From Parcubacteria group bacterium (GTDB taxonomy: Bacteria; Patescibacteriota; Minisyncoccia; Moranbacterales; UBA2206): DNA of 64,000 nucleotides. The stretch's first letter is position 1, and every line of letters begins with the position of its first letter. Below the pieces are notes generated by a model. That model was not told the DNA's origin and did no database searches. It was given only the letters and a program-made list of their open reading frames with translations. Positions 48,199 to 56,917 of the stretch are shown piece after piece. The translations under genes and the position numbers were made by a program. The stretch is taken from positions 33,206 to 97,205 of the forward strand of contig JBAZUU010000002.1 in assembly GCA_041661275.1 (NCBI GenBank), given 5' to 3'.

Positions 48199-49521
48199 AT
48201 GAATGATAAACCAAAAAAATTAGTATATCTGGAAAAAATCCTTCGTCTGATGGCTGTTTTGGTGTTGAAAAAATACCACCCTCGCATCATTGGTATCACC
48301 GGATCAGTGGGAAAAACTTCAGCCAAAGAAGCTATTTTCACAGTTTTAGCGAGTCATGGAAGTGTCAGAAAGAATGAAAAAAACTACAACAATGAAATAG
48401 GCCTGCCACTGACTATTATCGGGACAGAAACAGGCGGAGATTCTCTGGCTGGTTGGATGAGAGTATTTTTGAAATGGACCGGTCTTGTTGCATACCCTGC
48501 AAAATATCCGGAATTTCTGATTTTGGAAATTGCCGCTGACCGGCCAGGCGATGTTAAGTATCTGGTTGATTTTGTGAAACCTGAACTTGGTGTTATCACC
48601 GACATATCCGGAAGCCATTTGGAATTTTTTAAAACTTTGGAAGGAATAACAAAAGAAAAAGGATATCTGGCCAAAAATGTAAAAGAAAATGGCGCGGCTA
48701 TTCTTAATATCGACAATCCTCAACTGAAAAAATTGAAAAACGAAACAAAATCGAGAGTGCTAACATTTGGATTTGGAGAGGAAGCGGATATTCGAGCCAC
48801 TGATGTTCTGTATAACTATGCGTCCAATGAGCAAAACGGAAATAGAGAATTGAAAGGATTGAGCTTTAAGTTAAATTACAAAGGAACATCAATGCCGATG
48901 CGGCTCAATAATATTTTGGCGGAACACAGCATCTATTCGGCTCTGGCCGGAGTGGCCGTGGGGATTGAGATGGGTTTGAATCTTGTGGAAATAGGGAAGG
49001 CTCTCGAAAATTTTTCTTTGCCGTCGGGTCGCATGAATCTTATCCGCGGAATAAAAAACACTATTCTTATCGACGATACCTATAATGCATCTCCGGTTTC
49101 CACTGCGGCGGCTCTTAAAGTTTTCAAAAGCATTGAAGCTAAAAGAAAAATCGCAGTTCTCGGCGATATGCTGGAACTGGGAATAAACACTGAACCAGGG
49201 CACAGGGAAGTGGCCAGGGAATTCTTGGCGTCTGGCGGAAATATTTTTATGGCAGTAGGCCGTCGAATGGAGCAGGCAATAGACGAACTCAAAAAACATA
49301 ACATCGATGAAAACAGAATTTTCCATTTCAGATCGCCAATGGAAGCCGGACTTAAACTTCAAGAAATCATGCATGAGGGTGATTTAATCCTGATTAAAGG
49401 GTCGCAGGGAATGAGAATGGAAAAGATCGTGGAAGAGGTGATGGCCGAACCTCTACGCGCTCCGCAACTTCTTTGTCGTCAGGATGAGAAATGGAGGAAG
49501 AAGGAGTGGAAGGAAGTCTAA
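48199..49521 (+). CDS. murF: UDP-N-acetylmuramoyl-tripeptide--D-alanyl-D-alanine ligase
   Basis: GITGSVGKTS P-loop, DDTYNASP (MurF-type) motif. 3' end abuts the REP/RAYT insertion. Confidence 0.8.
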   Translation: MNDKPKKLVYLEKILRLMAVLVLKKYHPRIIGITGSVGKTSAKEAIFTVLASHGSVRKNEKNYNNEIGLPLTIIGTETGGDSLAGWMRVFLKWTGLVAYPAKYPEFLILEIAADRPGDVKYLVDFVKPELGVITDISGSHLEFFKTLEGITKEKGYLAKNVKENGAAILNIDNPQLKKLKNETKSRVLTFGFGEEADIRATDVLYNYASNEQNGNRELKGLSFKLNYKGTSMPMRLNNILAEHSIYSALAGVAVGIEMGLNLVEIGKALENFSLPSGRMNLIRGIKNTILIDDTYNASPVSTAAALKVFKSIEAKRKIAVLGDMLELGINTEPGHREVAREFLASGGNIFMAVGRRMEQAIDELKKHNIDENRIFHFRSPMEAGLKLQEIMHEGDLILIKGSQGMRMEKIVEEVMAEPLRAPQLLCRQDEKWRKKEWKEV

Positions 49522-49525
49522 AGCT

Positions 49526-49550
49526 ACTTCCAAGGTTGAACCTTGGAAGT
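49526..49550. repeat. REP-like palindrome ACTTCCAAGGTTGAACCTTGGAAGT (left flank of RAYT)
   Basis: Perfect 25-nt palindrome directly after the murF stop. Confidence 0.8.
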
Positions 49551-49564
49551 GAGAATTTTATTAT

Positions 49565-50233
49565 ATGCAAAGAAAAATACCATTTATCAATGGGGAGTTT
49601 CATCATATTTATAATCGCGGAGTAGATAAACGCGAAATTTTTCTAGATAGAGATGATTATGAAAGGTTTTTTATTTCTATGTATTTTTTAAATACCAAGG
49701 AAAATGATCTGATAAGCAAGTGGTTAGATTTTAAGAAATTTAATCCCAAGGTTCAACCTTGGGAGTTTAAAAAAATAAAGTCGGAAGATAAACTCGTTGA
49801 GCTTAATTGTTATTGTCTAAATGATAATCATTACCACTTTATTATAAAACAACTTCGAGATAGAGGTATTGAAATATTTATGCAGAAACTGGGAACGAGT
49901 TACACTATGTATTTTAATAAGAAGTATGACAGAAGCGGATCATTGCTTCAGGGAAGGTTTAAGTCGGCTTATATTGACTCCGATGATAAATTGCTCTATT
50001 TGTCAGCGTATGTGAATAAAAATCATTCTATCCATGGGTATAAAGAGGGTGATAATTGGCAATATTCAAGTTTGAATGAATACCTGAATAAAAGCAAAAC
50101 TTTTTGTCTTTGCAATAAAAGTCCGATCATTGATCAATTCAGGGACATAAAGGAGTATCAAAACTATATAAATGTGAATGCGCTACAGATGAGAGAAAGT
50201 AAAGAAATGGAAAAAATGGCATTGGAATTTTAA
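49565..50233 (+). mobile_element. IS200/IS605-like HUH-Y1 transposase of REP-associated type (RAYT)
   Basis: YHIYNRG first-strand motif, HuH motif NDNHYHFII, Tyr motif LYLSAYVNKNH (compare E. coli TnpA-REP DYIYINPVKHG). Flanked on both sides by the same palindrome. Confidence 0.75.
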
Positions 50234-50258
50234 CTTCCAAGGTTGAACCTTGGAAGTT
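50232..50258. repeat. REP-like palindrome AACTTCCAAGGTTGAACCTTGGAAGTT (right flank of RAYT)
   Basis: Perfect palindrome. Immediately followed by a diverged copy of the murF 3' end (50259-50313). Confidence 0.8.
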
Positions 50259-50399
50259 ACTTCTCTGTCGGCAAGACGCAAAATGGAAAAGAAAGCCGTG
50301 GAAGGAAGTTTAGTGTAAGATTATTTTTAGAAATAGTAAAACCCCTGGCGGAATACCGGCCAGGGGTTTGTTGTTTATACCTCCTTGTAGCTATAGCAG

Positions 50400-51578
50400 C
50401 TACAGTTTTTTTACCTCGTTTTTGTGGTAAATACGGACAAAAAACATGCAGCCGTCTTTATAGATCCAGTCAACCCGGATCTTCGGAATCAGCCAGTCGT
50501 GGATGTATCCGTCAACTTCCAGTTTCCTGGATTTTTGCGAGTTTCTGTTTGGATCGAAACTTGCGAGCTTTTTTCTGATCACTTTCTGATGCTTATCCGG
50601 AAATTTAAAGAATCTGTTCATGAACTTTTCCGAATAAAGCATGGCCATATTAGTGGCTTGGCAGAAAGTGGGCAACTCGTCTGTCGCTGTTGCCACAACC
50701 AGATCCAGCTCGCTTGGCTCTGTCTCTAGAGCCAATCCGGATCCTGCATTGTCATTCTCCTGCGACAATGACAATACTTCCGCAGAAAGAAAATTCTTGA
50801 ATTTCTCCAAAATCTTTTCTTCGCCGGATCTTTCCAGGGCGCTGATCCGATTCTGAAGTCGAGTTGTTTCAATGCTGTGCTCACGGAGCAGATTGCCGAT
50901 CTTTTGATCTCTGGCGTTCAATTGCTCCGTCAGATCCTTGTTGTTCTGATAGAGCTTGCGGTACTCTGCCGCTTGAGTGTTCAAGCCTCTTTCCAGCTCC
51001 ATTATCTTGGAAATCGATTCTCCCAGCCGCTTATCACGGTCGTTAGTCTCTTTTTTCAGAGCCGAATTGCTATCCGTAATAATACGGTTCCGCTCTTCCA
51101 ACACTCTATTAGCATTTGAAAAAAAATCAACTTCTTCCAGCAGTTCCAACTCTCTTTTTCTAGACGATTCAAGGGCTGGAAGAGATATATTGGTCAATTC
51201 CTGAACCAAGTTAGGGAAGATGTGACAGAACGTTGTGGACATTTCCTGAATAGCGTCGTTTGCATTTTTAATCTTGACGTAAATTTCAAGACCGGGAATG
51301 TCCATGCTTGTTGCTGGCGGGATTATCGTTTCTTTTGGAATCTCTTCCATTTTCTCTGAAACTTCTTCCGGAATCGCTTCTGACACTTCCAGCGTTTCGT
51401 TTTTTGTCTGTTTTGACCGCAGTTCCTCTAGCTTCTCTCGAGTAGTGATGCCATCGGCCTTCAGGCATTTGATGCCCAGGAAAAATATGGAGGAATTCTT
51501 AAGAGAATTGATATAGTCTTCGATTTCCTTCCGACCCTTCTCTTTTGAATTCAGCCATTGCCAGGAAAGCTGGAGCAT
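50400..51578 (-). CDS. Coiled-coil protein with C-terminal RelE/ParE-like toxin-fold domain
   Basis: Last ~80 aa MAMLYSEKFMNRFFKFPDKHQKVIRKKLASF...IRVDWIYKDGCMFFVRIYHKNEV fits the RelE/ParE pattern (...YRIIYRI..vyvLRIGHRKEVY). The N-terminal ~300 aa is heptad-rich and acidic. Confidence 0.5.
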   Translation of the reverse strand: MLQLSWQWLNSKEKGRKEIEDYINSLKNSSIFFLGIKCLKADGITTREKLEELRSKQTKNETLEVSEAIPEEVSEKMEEIPKETIIPPATSMDIPGLEIYVKIKNANDAIQEMSTTFCHIFPNLVQELTNISLPALESSRKRELELLEEVDFFSNANRVLEERNRIITDSNSALKKETNDRDKRLGESISKIMELERGLNTQAAEYRKLYQNNKDLTEQLNARDQKIGNLLREHSIETTRLQNRISALERSGEEKILEKFKNFLSAEVLSLSQENDNAGSGLALETEPSELDLVVATATDELPTFCQATNMAMLYSEKFMNRFFKFPDKHQKVIRKKLASFDPNRNSQKSRKLEVDGYIHDWLIPKIRVDWIYKDGCMFFVRIYHKNEVKKL

Positions 51579-51818
51579 CTTAATTGTCGTCCTTACAACA
51601 CCCTTGCCTACACTTACCCCATGTTCTTCGAGAAGTGTTTCCGATACCCATTCCTGAAAATCTGATTCTGTCGCATCTTTGTCTGGATAGATGAAGTCAT
51701 CGTGTAGTTGACTTGCTATTCATGTGATGTTTTCTGTTTTGATTTTTCTTCCCTTATAACCTGTTTGGGAAGTAATCTCGACAAAGTTTGGTGAATGTAA
51801 GAGAAAATTTTCGGCCAT
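51579..51818 (-). pseudogene. In-frame upstream fragment (ATG 51816-51818, TGA 51720-51722) of the coiled-coil/RelE-like gene: possible disrupted N-terminus or separate small ORF
   Basis: Manual translation: MAENFLLHSPNFVEITSQTGYKGRKIKTENIT-TGA-IASQLHDDFIYPDKDATESDFQEWVSETLLEEHGVSVGKGVVRTTIK-M(50400..51578 ORF), all in one frame. Confidence 0.4.
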
Positions 51819-51980
51819 AGCCCCTTCCTTTCGGTTTTCGGGTTTAAAACAAGTTTTTAATGACCTTTCCAGTGCAACTAAACCTAGCATAAAACAGCTA
51901 AAAAGTCAATAGTAGCTTTACTTTTTACCCCCACAATATTATACTAGAAGCAGTAAATAACGGGGGTAAATAATAAAAAT

Positions 51981-52580
51981 ATGTCAGAGTTACTGGAAAA
52001 TCTTTTTGGTTCAAAGGAGAGAGCGAGACTTTTGCGGTTTTTTCTGCAAAATCCCGACCAGTTGTATGAATTTTCTGACGTGGTCAGAAAAAACATGCTC
52101 AAAAACACGAATACAAGAAGAGAGCTTCAAAATCTTGTCAGGATAAAGTTTGCTATAAAAAGAACAAAGCAGGGAAAAAATTTCTACCAACTCAACCAGG
52201 ACTTCAATTTTTATCCGGAACTAAAGAACCTTATCGCCAAATCTAATGTCTATCCGCAGTGTATGAGTCTCGGAAAGATTTCCAAGATCGGCAACATAAA
52301 ACTGGCAGCCATTTCCGGTGTTTTCATCAACTACCAAAAAAGTAAGGCCGATATGATCCTGGTGGGGGACGCCATTTCCAAAGCTAAACTGAAAAATCTT
52401 ATGAATAATTTGGAGGCGGAAATTGGCCGGGAAATAAATTTTGTGCTTATGACTATGGACGAATTTAAATACCGATTGAACATGCTTGATAAATTCGTTT
52501 TGGAATTTCTGGAAGGTCCGCATGAAGAGGTGATAAACAAGATCCAGGGACTTAAGCAGCTTATAGCAAATCGGAAATAA
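51981..52580 (+). CDS. Hypothetical protein, possible N-terminal winged-helix
   Basis: ERARLLRFFLQNPDQLYEFSDVV resembles a wHTH recognition region. The rest is unassigned. Confidence 0.4.
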   Translation: MSELLENLFGSKERARLLRFFLQNPDQLYEFSDVVRKNMLKNTNTRRELQNLVRIKFAIKRTKQGKNFYQLNQDFNFYPELKNLIAKSNVYPQCMSLGKISKIGNIKLAAISGVFINYQKSKADMILVGDAISKAKLKNLMNNLEAEIGREINFVLMTMDEFKYRLNMLDKFVLEFLEGPHEEVINKIQGLKQLIANRK

Positions 52581-52584
52581 AGGT

Positions 52585-52680
52585 TACGAAATACGAAATT
52601 AATACGAAATACGAAAATACGAAAAAGGGAGACAAGACGTTTCGTATTTCGCTCGTTTTGTATTTCGTAAAACATAACCA
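52585..52680. repeat. Nested inverted repeats of ACGAAATACGAAA (hairpin/terminator region)
   Basis: ttacgaaatacgaaattaatacgaaatacgaaaatacgaaa ... tttcgtatttcgctcgttttgtatttcgtaa. Confidence 0.6.
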
Positions 52681-53765
52681 TGCTTTATTTATTAATAGGA
52701 ATAATAATAATACTCGCGGCCATCATTTGGCTTTTTTTGGATATGAAAAATAAATTAGGAAACGGGCAGGACGGCGAAAAGATGGTGGCGGTTTTGGAAC
52801 GGCTCAATATGCTTTCCCAGCAAAATGAGCATATGCGTCAGACTATGGATTCCAAGCTTTCTGAAACGCACCGGACAACGCAAGAGCAAATGAATCAAAC
52901 TATAAGGACTGTTCAAGGTATTTCCGGCCAATCGGCTAAGCAGATCGCTGATGTGGTGGCGGGGCTGACTAAGCTCGAAGAGACTAACAAGCAAGTGGTC
53001 AATTTTTCGGCGCAACTGCAGAATTTGCAGGATATTTTGAAAAATCCAAAGCAAAGAGGGGTGCTTGGCGAATATTTTTTGGAAGAAACCCTAAAAAATG
53101 TGTTGCCACCCAATTCCTATCAGATGCAATACAAATTCAAAGACGGTATCATTGTTGACGCGGTGGTGTTTGTGGCCAAAAAAATTGTTCCTATTGATTC
53201 AAAATTTTCCCTGGAGAATTACGAAAGAATCTTGAATGCTAAGGATAGCGAGGAAAGAGAAACGTGGGAAAAATCATTCAAGCAGGATCTCAAAAATCGG
53301 ATCGATGAAACTTCCAAATATATTAGACCGGAAGAAGACACCCTCGATTTTGCCTTTATGTTCATTCCGTCGGAAGCGATATATTATGACTTGCTCATTA
53401 ATAAAGTTGGCGCGGTGCAAGTGAATACTCGCGATCTCATAGAATACGCTTTTTGCGAGAAAAAGGTGATTATTGTTTCACCAACATCTTTCTTGGCCTA
53501 TCTTCAGACAGTTTTGCAGGGATTGCGCGCTCTGCAGATAGAAGAAAGCGCCAAAGAGATCCGTTCCAACGTGGAAAAACTAGGAAGGCATATAGTTTCC
53601 TTCGAGGAATTTATGAAAAAAGCAGGTGGAAGCCTGGGGACGACAGTCAGTCATTTCAACAGCGCTTACAAGGAATTTGGAAAAATTGACAAAGACGTGG
53701 CTAAAATTACCGAAGGGGAAAAGCAGATTGAGGTATTGGCTCTCGAAAAACCGACACTGGAATAA
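52680..53765 (+). CDS. rmuC: DNA recombination protein RmuC
   Basis: N-terminal transmembrane segment, long coiled coil and C-terminal RmuC nuclease-like region (FAFMFIPSEAIYYDL...VIIVSPTSFLAYLQ). Confidence 0.8.
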   Translation: MLYLLIGIIIILAAIIWLFLDMKNKLGNGQDGEKMVAVLERLNMLSQQNEHMRQTMDSKLSETHRTTQEQMNQTIRTVQGISGQSAKQIADVVAGLTKLEETNKQVVNFSAQLQNLQDILKNPKQRGVLGEYFLEETLKNVLPPNSYQMQYKFKDGIIVDAVVFVAKKIVPIDSKFSLENYERILNAKDSEERETWEKSFKQDLKNRIDETSKYIRPEEDTLDFAFMFIPSEAIYYDLLINKVGAVQVNTRDLIEYAFCEKKVIIVSPTSFLAYLQTVLQGLRALQIEESAKEIRSNVEKLGRHIVSFEEFMKKAGGSLGTTVSHFNSAYKEFGKIDKDVAKITEGEKQIEVLALEKPTLE

Positions 53766-53777
53766 ATCCTAAAAGAT

Positions 53778-54191
53778 ATGGAGATAAAGAGGGGAGATAA
53801 TCAGAAAGAGCGGAAAAGCTTGACGGGAAAGTTCAAGCTTTTTTTCAAAGGGCCGTTTCTTGGCGATAAAATTAATCTTTGGTTATTAATCATAACTTTA
53901 GTAGTGAATATTATTAACTGGCTCATTCTTCTAATTTTTCTAAAGCCGGCTACGGAAAATATAATTTTGCATTATAATGTTTATTTTGGAGTGGATATGA
54001 CAGGGAAAAGAATTTTGGCATTTATACTCCCGGCCATCGGACTGCTTCTCATCATAATCAATTCATATCTTGCCAAATATTTTCATCGCAACAACGAAAC
54101 CATTGCCGGGTACATTCTTCTTATCGCGGCTCTCATGGCGCAACTGTCCTTGATTATCGCGTCATTCAGTGTTATAATCATAAACTACTAA
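53778..54191 (+). CDS. Hypothetical membrane protein
   Basis: Four hydrophobic helices. No motif. Confidence 0.4.
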   Translation: MEIKRGDNQKERKSLTGKFKLFFKGPFLGDKINLWLLIITLVVNIINWLILLIFLKPATENIILHYNVYFGVDMTGKRILAFILPAIGLLLIIINSYLAKYFHRNNETIAGYILLIAALMAQLSLIIASFSVIIINY

Positions 54192-54194
54192 ATT

Positions 54195-55886
54195 ATGTAT
54201 AGTTTTCCCGATCCCAAAACTAAAGATCCTAAAGAACGCCGAATGCAAAGAATGTTGGAAATTATTCCCGGCTCGCTGACCTGGCTGACGCTCATCGGTA
54301 TGTTTTTGCTGTCGTTTTTGGTTCCTATCTGGGTGGCCTATTTCATTATTGCCTTTGACATCTATTGGATTTTGCGTACTATTTTCATCGCTTATTATTC
54401 CGTCCAGGGATTCAGGAAACTAAAAGAAGGAAAGAAGATCAATTGGTGGGAAAGATGCCAGAATATTCGTGAGCCTAAAAAATATGCCGATTCTTTGCAT
54501 TTAAGATACAAAGAATTCAAGGAAGCTATAGCCGCGGGGGAGATAACCGACCGAAAAGAAATTAAACTGCTCAAAGAAGAAGCCAGGCGTCAGAAGAAAT
54601 ATATAAAAGAAGTTAATAAATTGGAAGATATAAAAGACCAAATAATGGACTGGCGGGAAATTATTCATGTGGTGATGTTGCCCACAGCCAATGAACCGGC
54701 CGATGTTATCGAGCCGTCTATCCAGGCAATAGCTGACGCCAATTTTCCCAACCAACAATTTATAATTCTTTTGGCAACAGAAGAACGGGAGCCGGAGGAG
54801 CAGAGGCTCCAGAAGGTAAATTATCTCAAAAATAAATTCGACGGAGTTTTTCGGGATTTCATCGTTACCGCTCACAGGGTAACGGACGTTGAAATGAAAG
54901 CTAAGGGGTCAAACGCCACTTATGCTGCCAAAGAACTGGTCGCATATCTGTCCGAACGAAAAATAGATTTCAAAAAAGTTATATTTTCCAACTTTGATTG
55001 TGATTCCGTGGCTCATCCTCAATATTTTGCCGCTCTGACTTATGAGTACATCACTGATCCCAAAAGGCTGCAGAGATCCTATCAGCCGCTGCCGATGTAT
55101 CACAACAATCTTTGGGATACCAACGCCTTTGTCCGGGTGATCGTTACTGGATCCAGTTTCTGGCATATTTTTCAGAGCACCAGAGGAGAGGGGATGGTCA
55201 CTTTTTCTTCGCATTCTGAACCGTTTGATACGCTTTGCAAAGTTGATTTTTGGCCAGTCAATATGATCAGCGAAGACTCGGTGATTTTCTGGAAATGTTA
55301 CGCTTATTTTAATGGTGATTATAGAGTGAAACCGGTTTATCTTCCAATATCTCTCGATGCCGTTTTGGCGGAAACTTATTGGAAAACCATCAAAAACCAA
55401 TACAAGCAAAAAAGACGTTGGGCTTATGGCATAGAAAATTTTCCGGTGATCACAAGAGCCATCATTCCGAACAAAAAAATGAAATTCACCAAGAAATTCA
55501 AGGCTATTTTCGAAATGCTCGAAGGTCATCATTCATGGGCCACTTCCTCCATAATTCTGGCCATTCTGGGATGGTTGCCGCTCATTATCGGTGGAGAAGT
55601 GTTCAATCAAAGTGTCCTGGCGCACAATTTGCCCTTTATTACCCGCTATCTTATGACAATTGCCATGTTTGGACTCATCGTTTCCATGTCATTGAGTTTT
55701 CTTCTTATGCCGCCGCGTCCGGCTAAATATTCCAAATGGCGCAATTTATACATGCTTCTTCAATGGGTGCTGGTTCCCATCATCGCGCCGTTTCTTGGAT
55801 CTATGCCTGCCATAGAATCCCAAACACGAATAATGCTGGGAAAATATTTTGGAGAATTTTGGGTGACGGAAAAAATGAGAAAATAA
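54195..55886 (+). CDS. Processive family-2 glycosyltransferase (cellulose/chitin-synthase-like, QxxRW)
   Basis: QKRRWAYG (QxxRW) motif, DxD-like FDCDSV, ED motif ISEDSV. N- and C-terminal transmembrane segments. Confidence 0.7.
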   Translation: MYSFPDPKTKDPKERRMQRMLEIIPGSLTWLTLIGMFLLSFLVPIWVAYFIIAFDIYWILRTIFIAYYSVQGFRKLKEGKKINWWERCQNIREPKKYADSLHLRYKEFKEAIAAGEITDRKEIKLLKEEARRQKKYIKEVNKLEDIKDQIMDWREIIHVVMLPTANEPADVIEPSIQAIADANFPNQQFIILLATEEREPEEQRLQKVNYLKNKFDGVFRDFIVTAHRVTDVEMKAKGSNATYAAKELVAYLSERKIDFKKVIFSNFDCDSVAHPQYFAALTYEYITDPKRLQRSYQPLPMYHNNLWDTNAFVRVIVTGSSFWHIFQSTRGEGMVTFSSHSEPFDTLCKVDFWPVNMISEDSVIFWKCYAYFNGDYRVKPVYLPISLDAVLAETYWKTIKNQYKQKRRWAYGIENFPVITRAIIPNKKMKFTKKFKAIFEMLEGHHSWATSSIILAILGWLPLIIGGEVFNQSVLAHNLPFITRYLMTIAMFGLIVSMSLSFLLMPPRPAKYSKWRNLYMLLQWVLVPIIAPFLGSMPAIESQTRIMLGKYFGEFWVTEKMRK

Positions 55887-55893
55887 TTATCTT

Positions 55894-56916
55894 ATGATAA
55901 AATTTCTTATCCCATTCATAACTTCTTTTCTATCGACTGTCATTTTGATAGCACTCCTGATATTGATAGCGAAAAGAATCAAATGGAGAAAAAGAATTTC
56001 GGATAGACATATTCATAAAGATGGGGTTTATAGGATAGGGGGCATAGCCATGGCGCTAGCTTTTAATATTGCTATCATAACAAATCGCGACCTCACAATA
56101 ACCCCAGAACTTTGTGGACTTTCAATAGGAACGCTGGCTATAATGATCTTTGGATTTTGGGATGATCTCAAAGAGCTCTATTGGAAGATACAATTAGCTT
56201 GCCAGATCGGAGTAGCTATTTTCATTTTTATTTTAGGTGTGAGAATTTATTACATCACTAATCCGATAACGGGTGGAATAATTTCTTTGGATTATGGCTT
56301 AGGAGTGATCATCGCCACGCTTATGGTTCTATTTTGGATAGTTCTTGTTATGAACGCGATCAACTGGTTGGACGGCGTAGACGGCCTTTCTGGAGGCGTA
56401 ACTGCCATAACGACTGTGACTATTTTTTTCTTGAGTCTTCATCCGGATGTTAATCAACCGCCGATAGCTATTATTTGTGCCGCCCTTTTCGGAACGGTTT
56501 TGGGCTTTATAATATTTAATTTTTATCCTTCACGTATCCTAGCCGGTACATCCGGCTCAATGTTTATGGGATTGGCACTGGCGGTCCTTGCGGTTTTTGC
56601 CGGAACAAAAATTGCTACCGCTCTTTTGGTGCTTTCCATTCCCATTATTGATCTAGCCTGGGTAATCGGGGAAAGGATCAAGTCAGGAAAGTCAATTTTT
56701 AAGCCAGATAAAAAACACCTTCATTACAGACTTTTGGATCTGGGCTGGTCGCAAAAAAAAGTAGCTTGGTTTTATTATATCTTTACTGCAATAATTGCTA
56801 TTATCGCACTTAACACCAGAGTAATCGGGAAAAGCATTACTATTGTCCTGGTTCTGGTTTTTATGGTGATCATATACTTCACAATAAGAAAAAAATGTCG
56901 AAAGAAAAACAAATAA
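55894..56916 (+). CDS. MraY/WecA-family (GT4) polyprenyl-phosphate N-acetylhexosamine-1-phosphate transferase, WecA/TagO-like
   Basis: NAINWLDGVDGL, FWDDLKEL (DD), SMFMG, KKHLHYRLLDLGW. YRIGG resembles the WecA/TagO PRLGG motif rather than MraY GTPTMGG. Confidence 0.7.
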   Translation: MIKFLIPFITSFLSTVILIALLILIAKRIKWRKRISDRHIHKDGVYRIGGIAMALAFNIAIITNRDLTITPELCGLSIGTLAIMIFGFWDDLKELYWKIQLACQIGVAIFIFILGVRIYYITNPITGGIISLDYGLGVIIATLMVLFWIVLVMNAINWLDGVDGLSGGVTAITTVTIFFLSLHPDVNQPPIAIICAALFGTVLGFIIFNFYPSRILAGTSGSMFMGLALAVLAVFAGTKIATALLVLSIPIIDLAWVIGERIKSGKSIFKPDKKHLHYRLLDLGWSQKKVAWFYYIFTAIIAIIALNTRVIGKSITIVLVLVFMVIIYFTIRKKCRKKNK

Positions 56917-56917
56917 A

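Noticed and set aside
50400-51818. TGA read as glycine (genetic code 25) to merge the upstream fragment with the coiled-coil/RelE-like ORF
   Set aside because: Many unambiguous genes in the window (e.g. uppS, the polyprenyl synthase, nrdG, comEC) terminate at TGA with correct full-length products. The standard code applies.
52585-52680. Possible CRISPR array (repeated ACGAAATACGAAA units)
   Set aside because: Units are 13 nt, contiguous without spacers, and mirrored by inverse copies to form a hairpin. No cas genes nearby. No other regular repeat-spacer array was seen in the window.
55894-56916. Calling this gene mraY (the missing dcw member)
   Set aside because: Lacks the MraY-specific GTPTMGG loop and carries a WecA/TagO-like (P/Y)R(L/I)GG and RLLxLG instead. 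It sits in a glycosyltransferase operon, not next to murF. Left as MraY/WecA-family, WecA-like.
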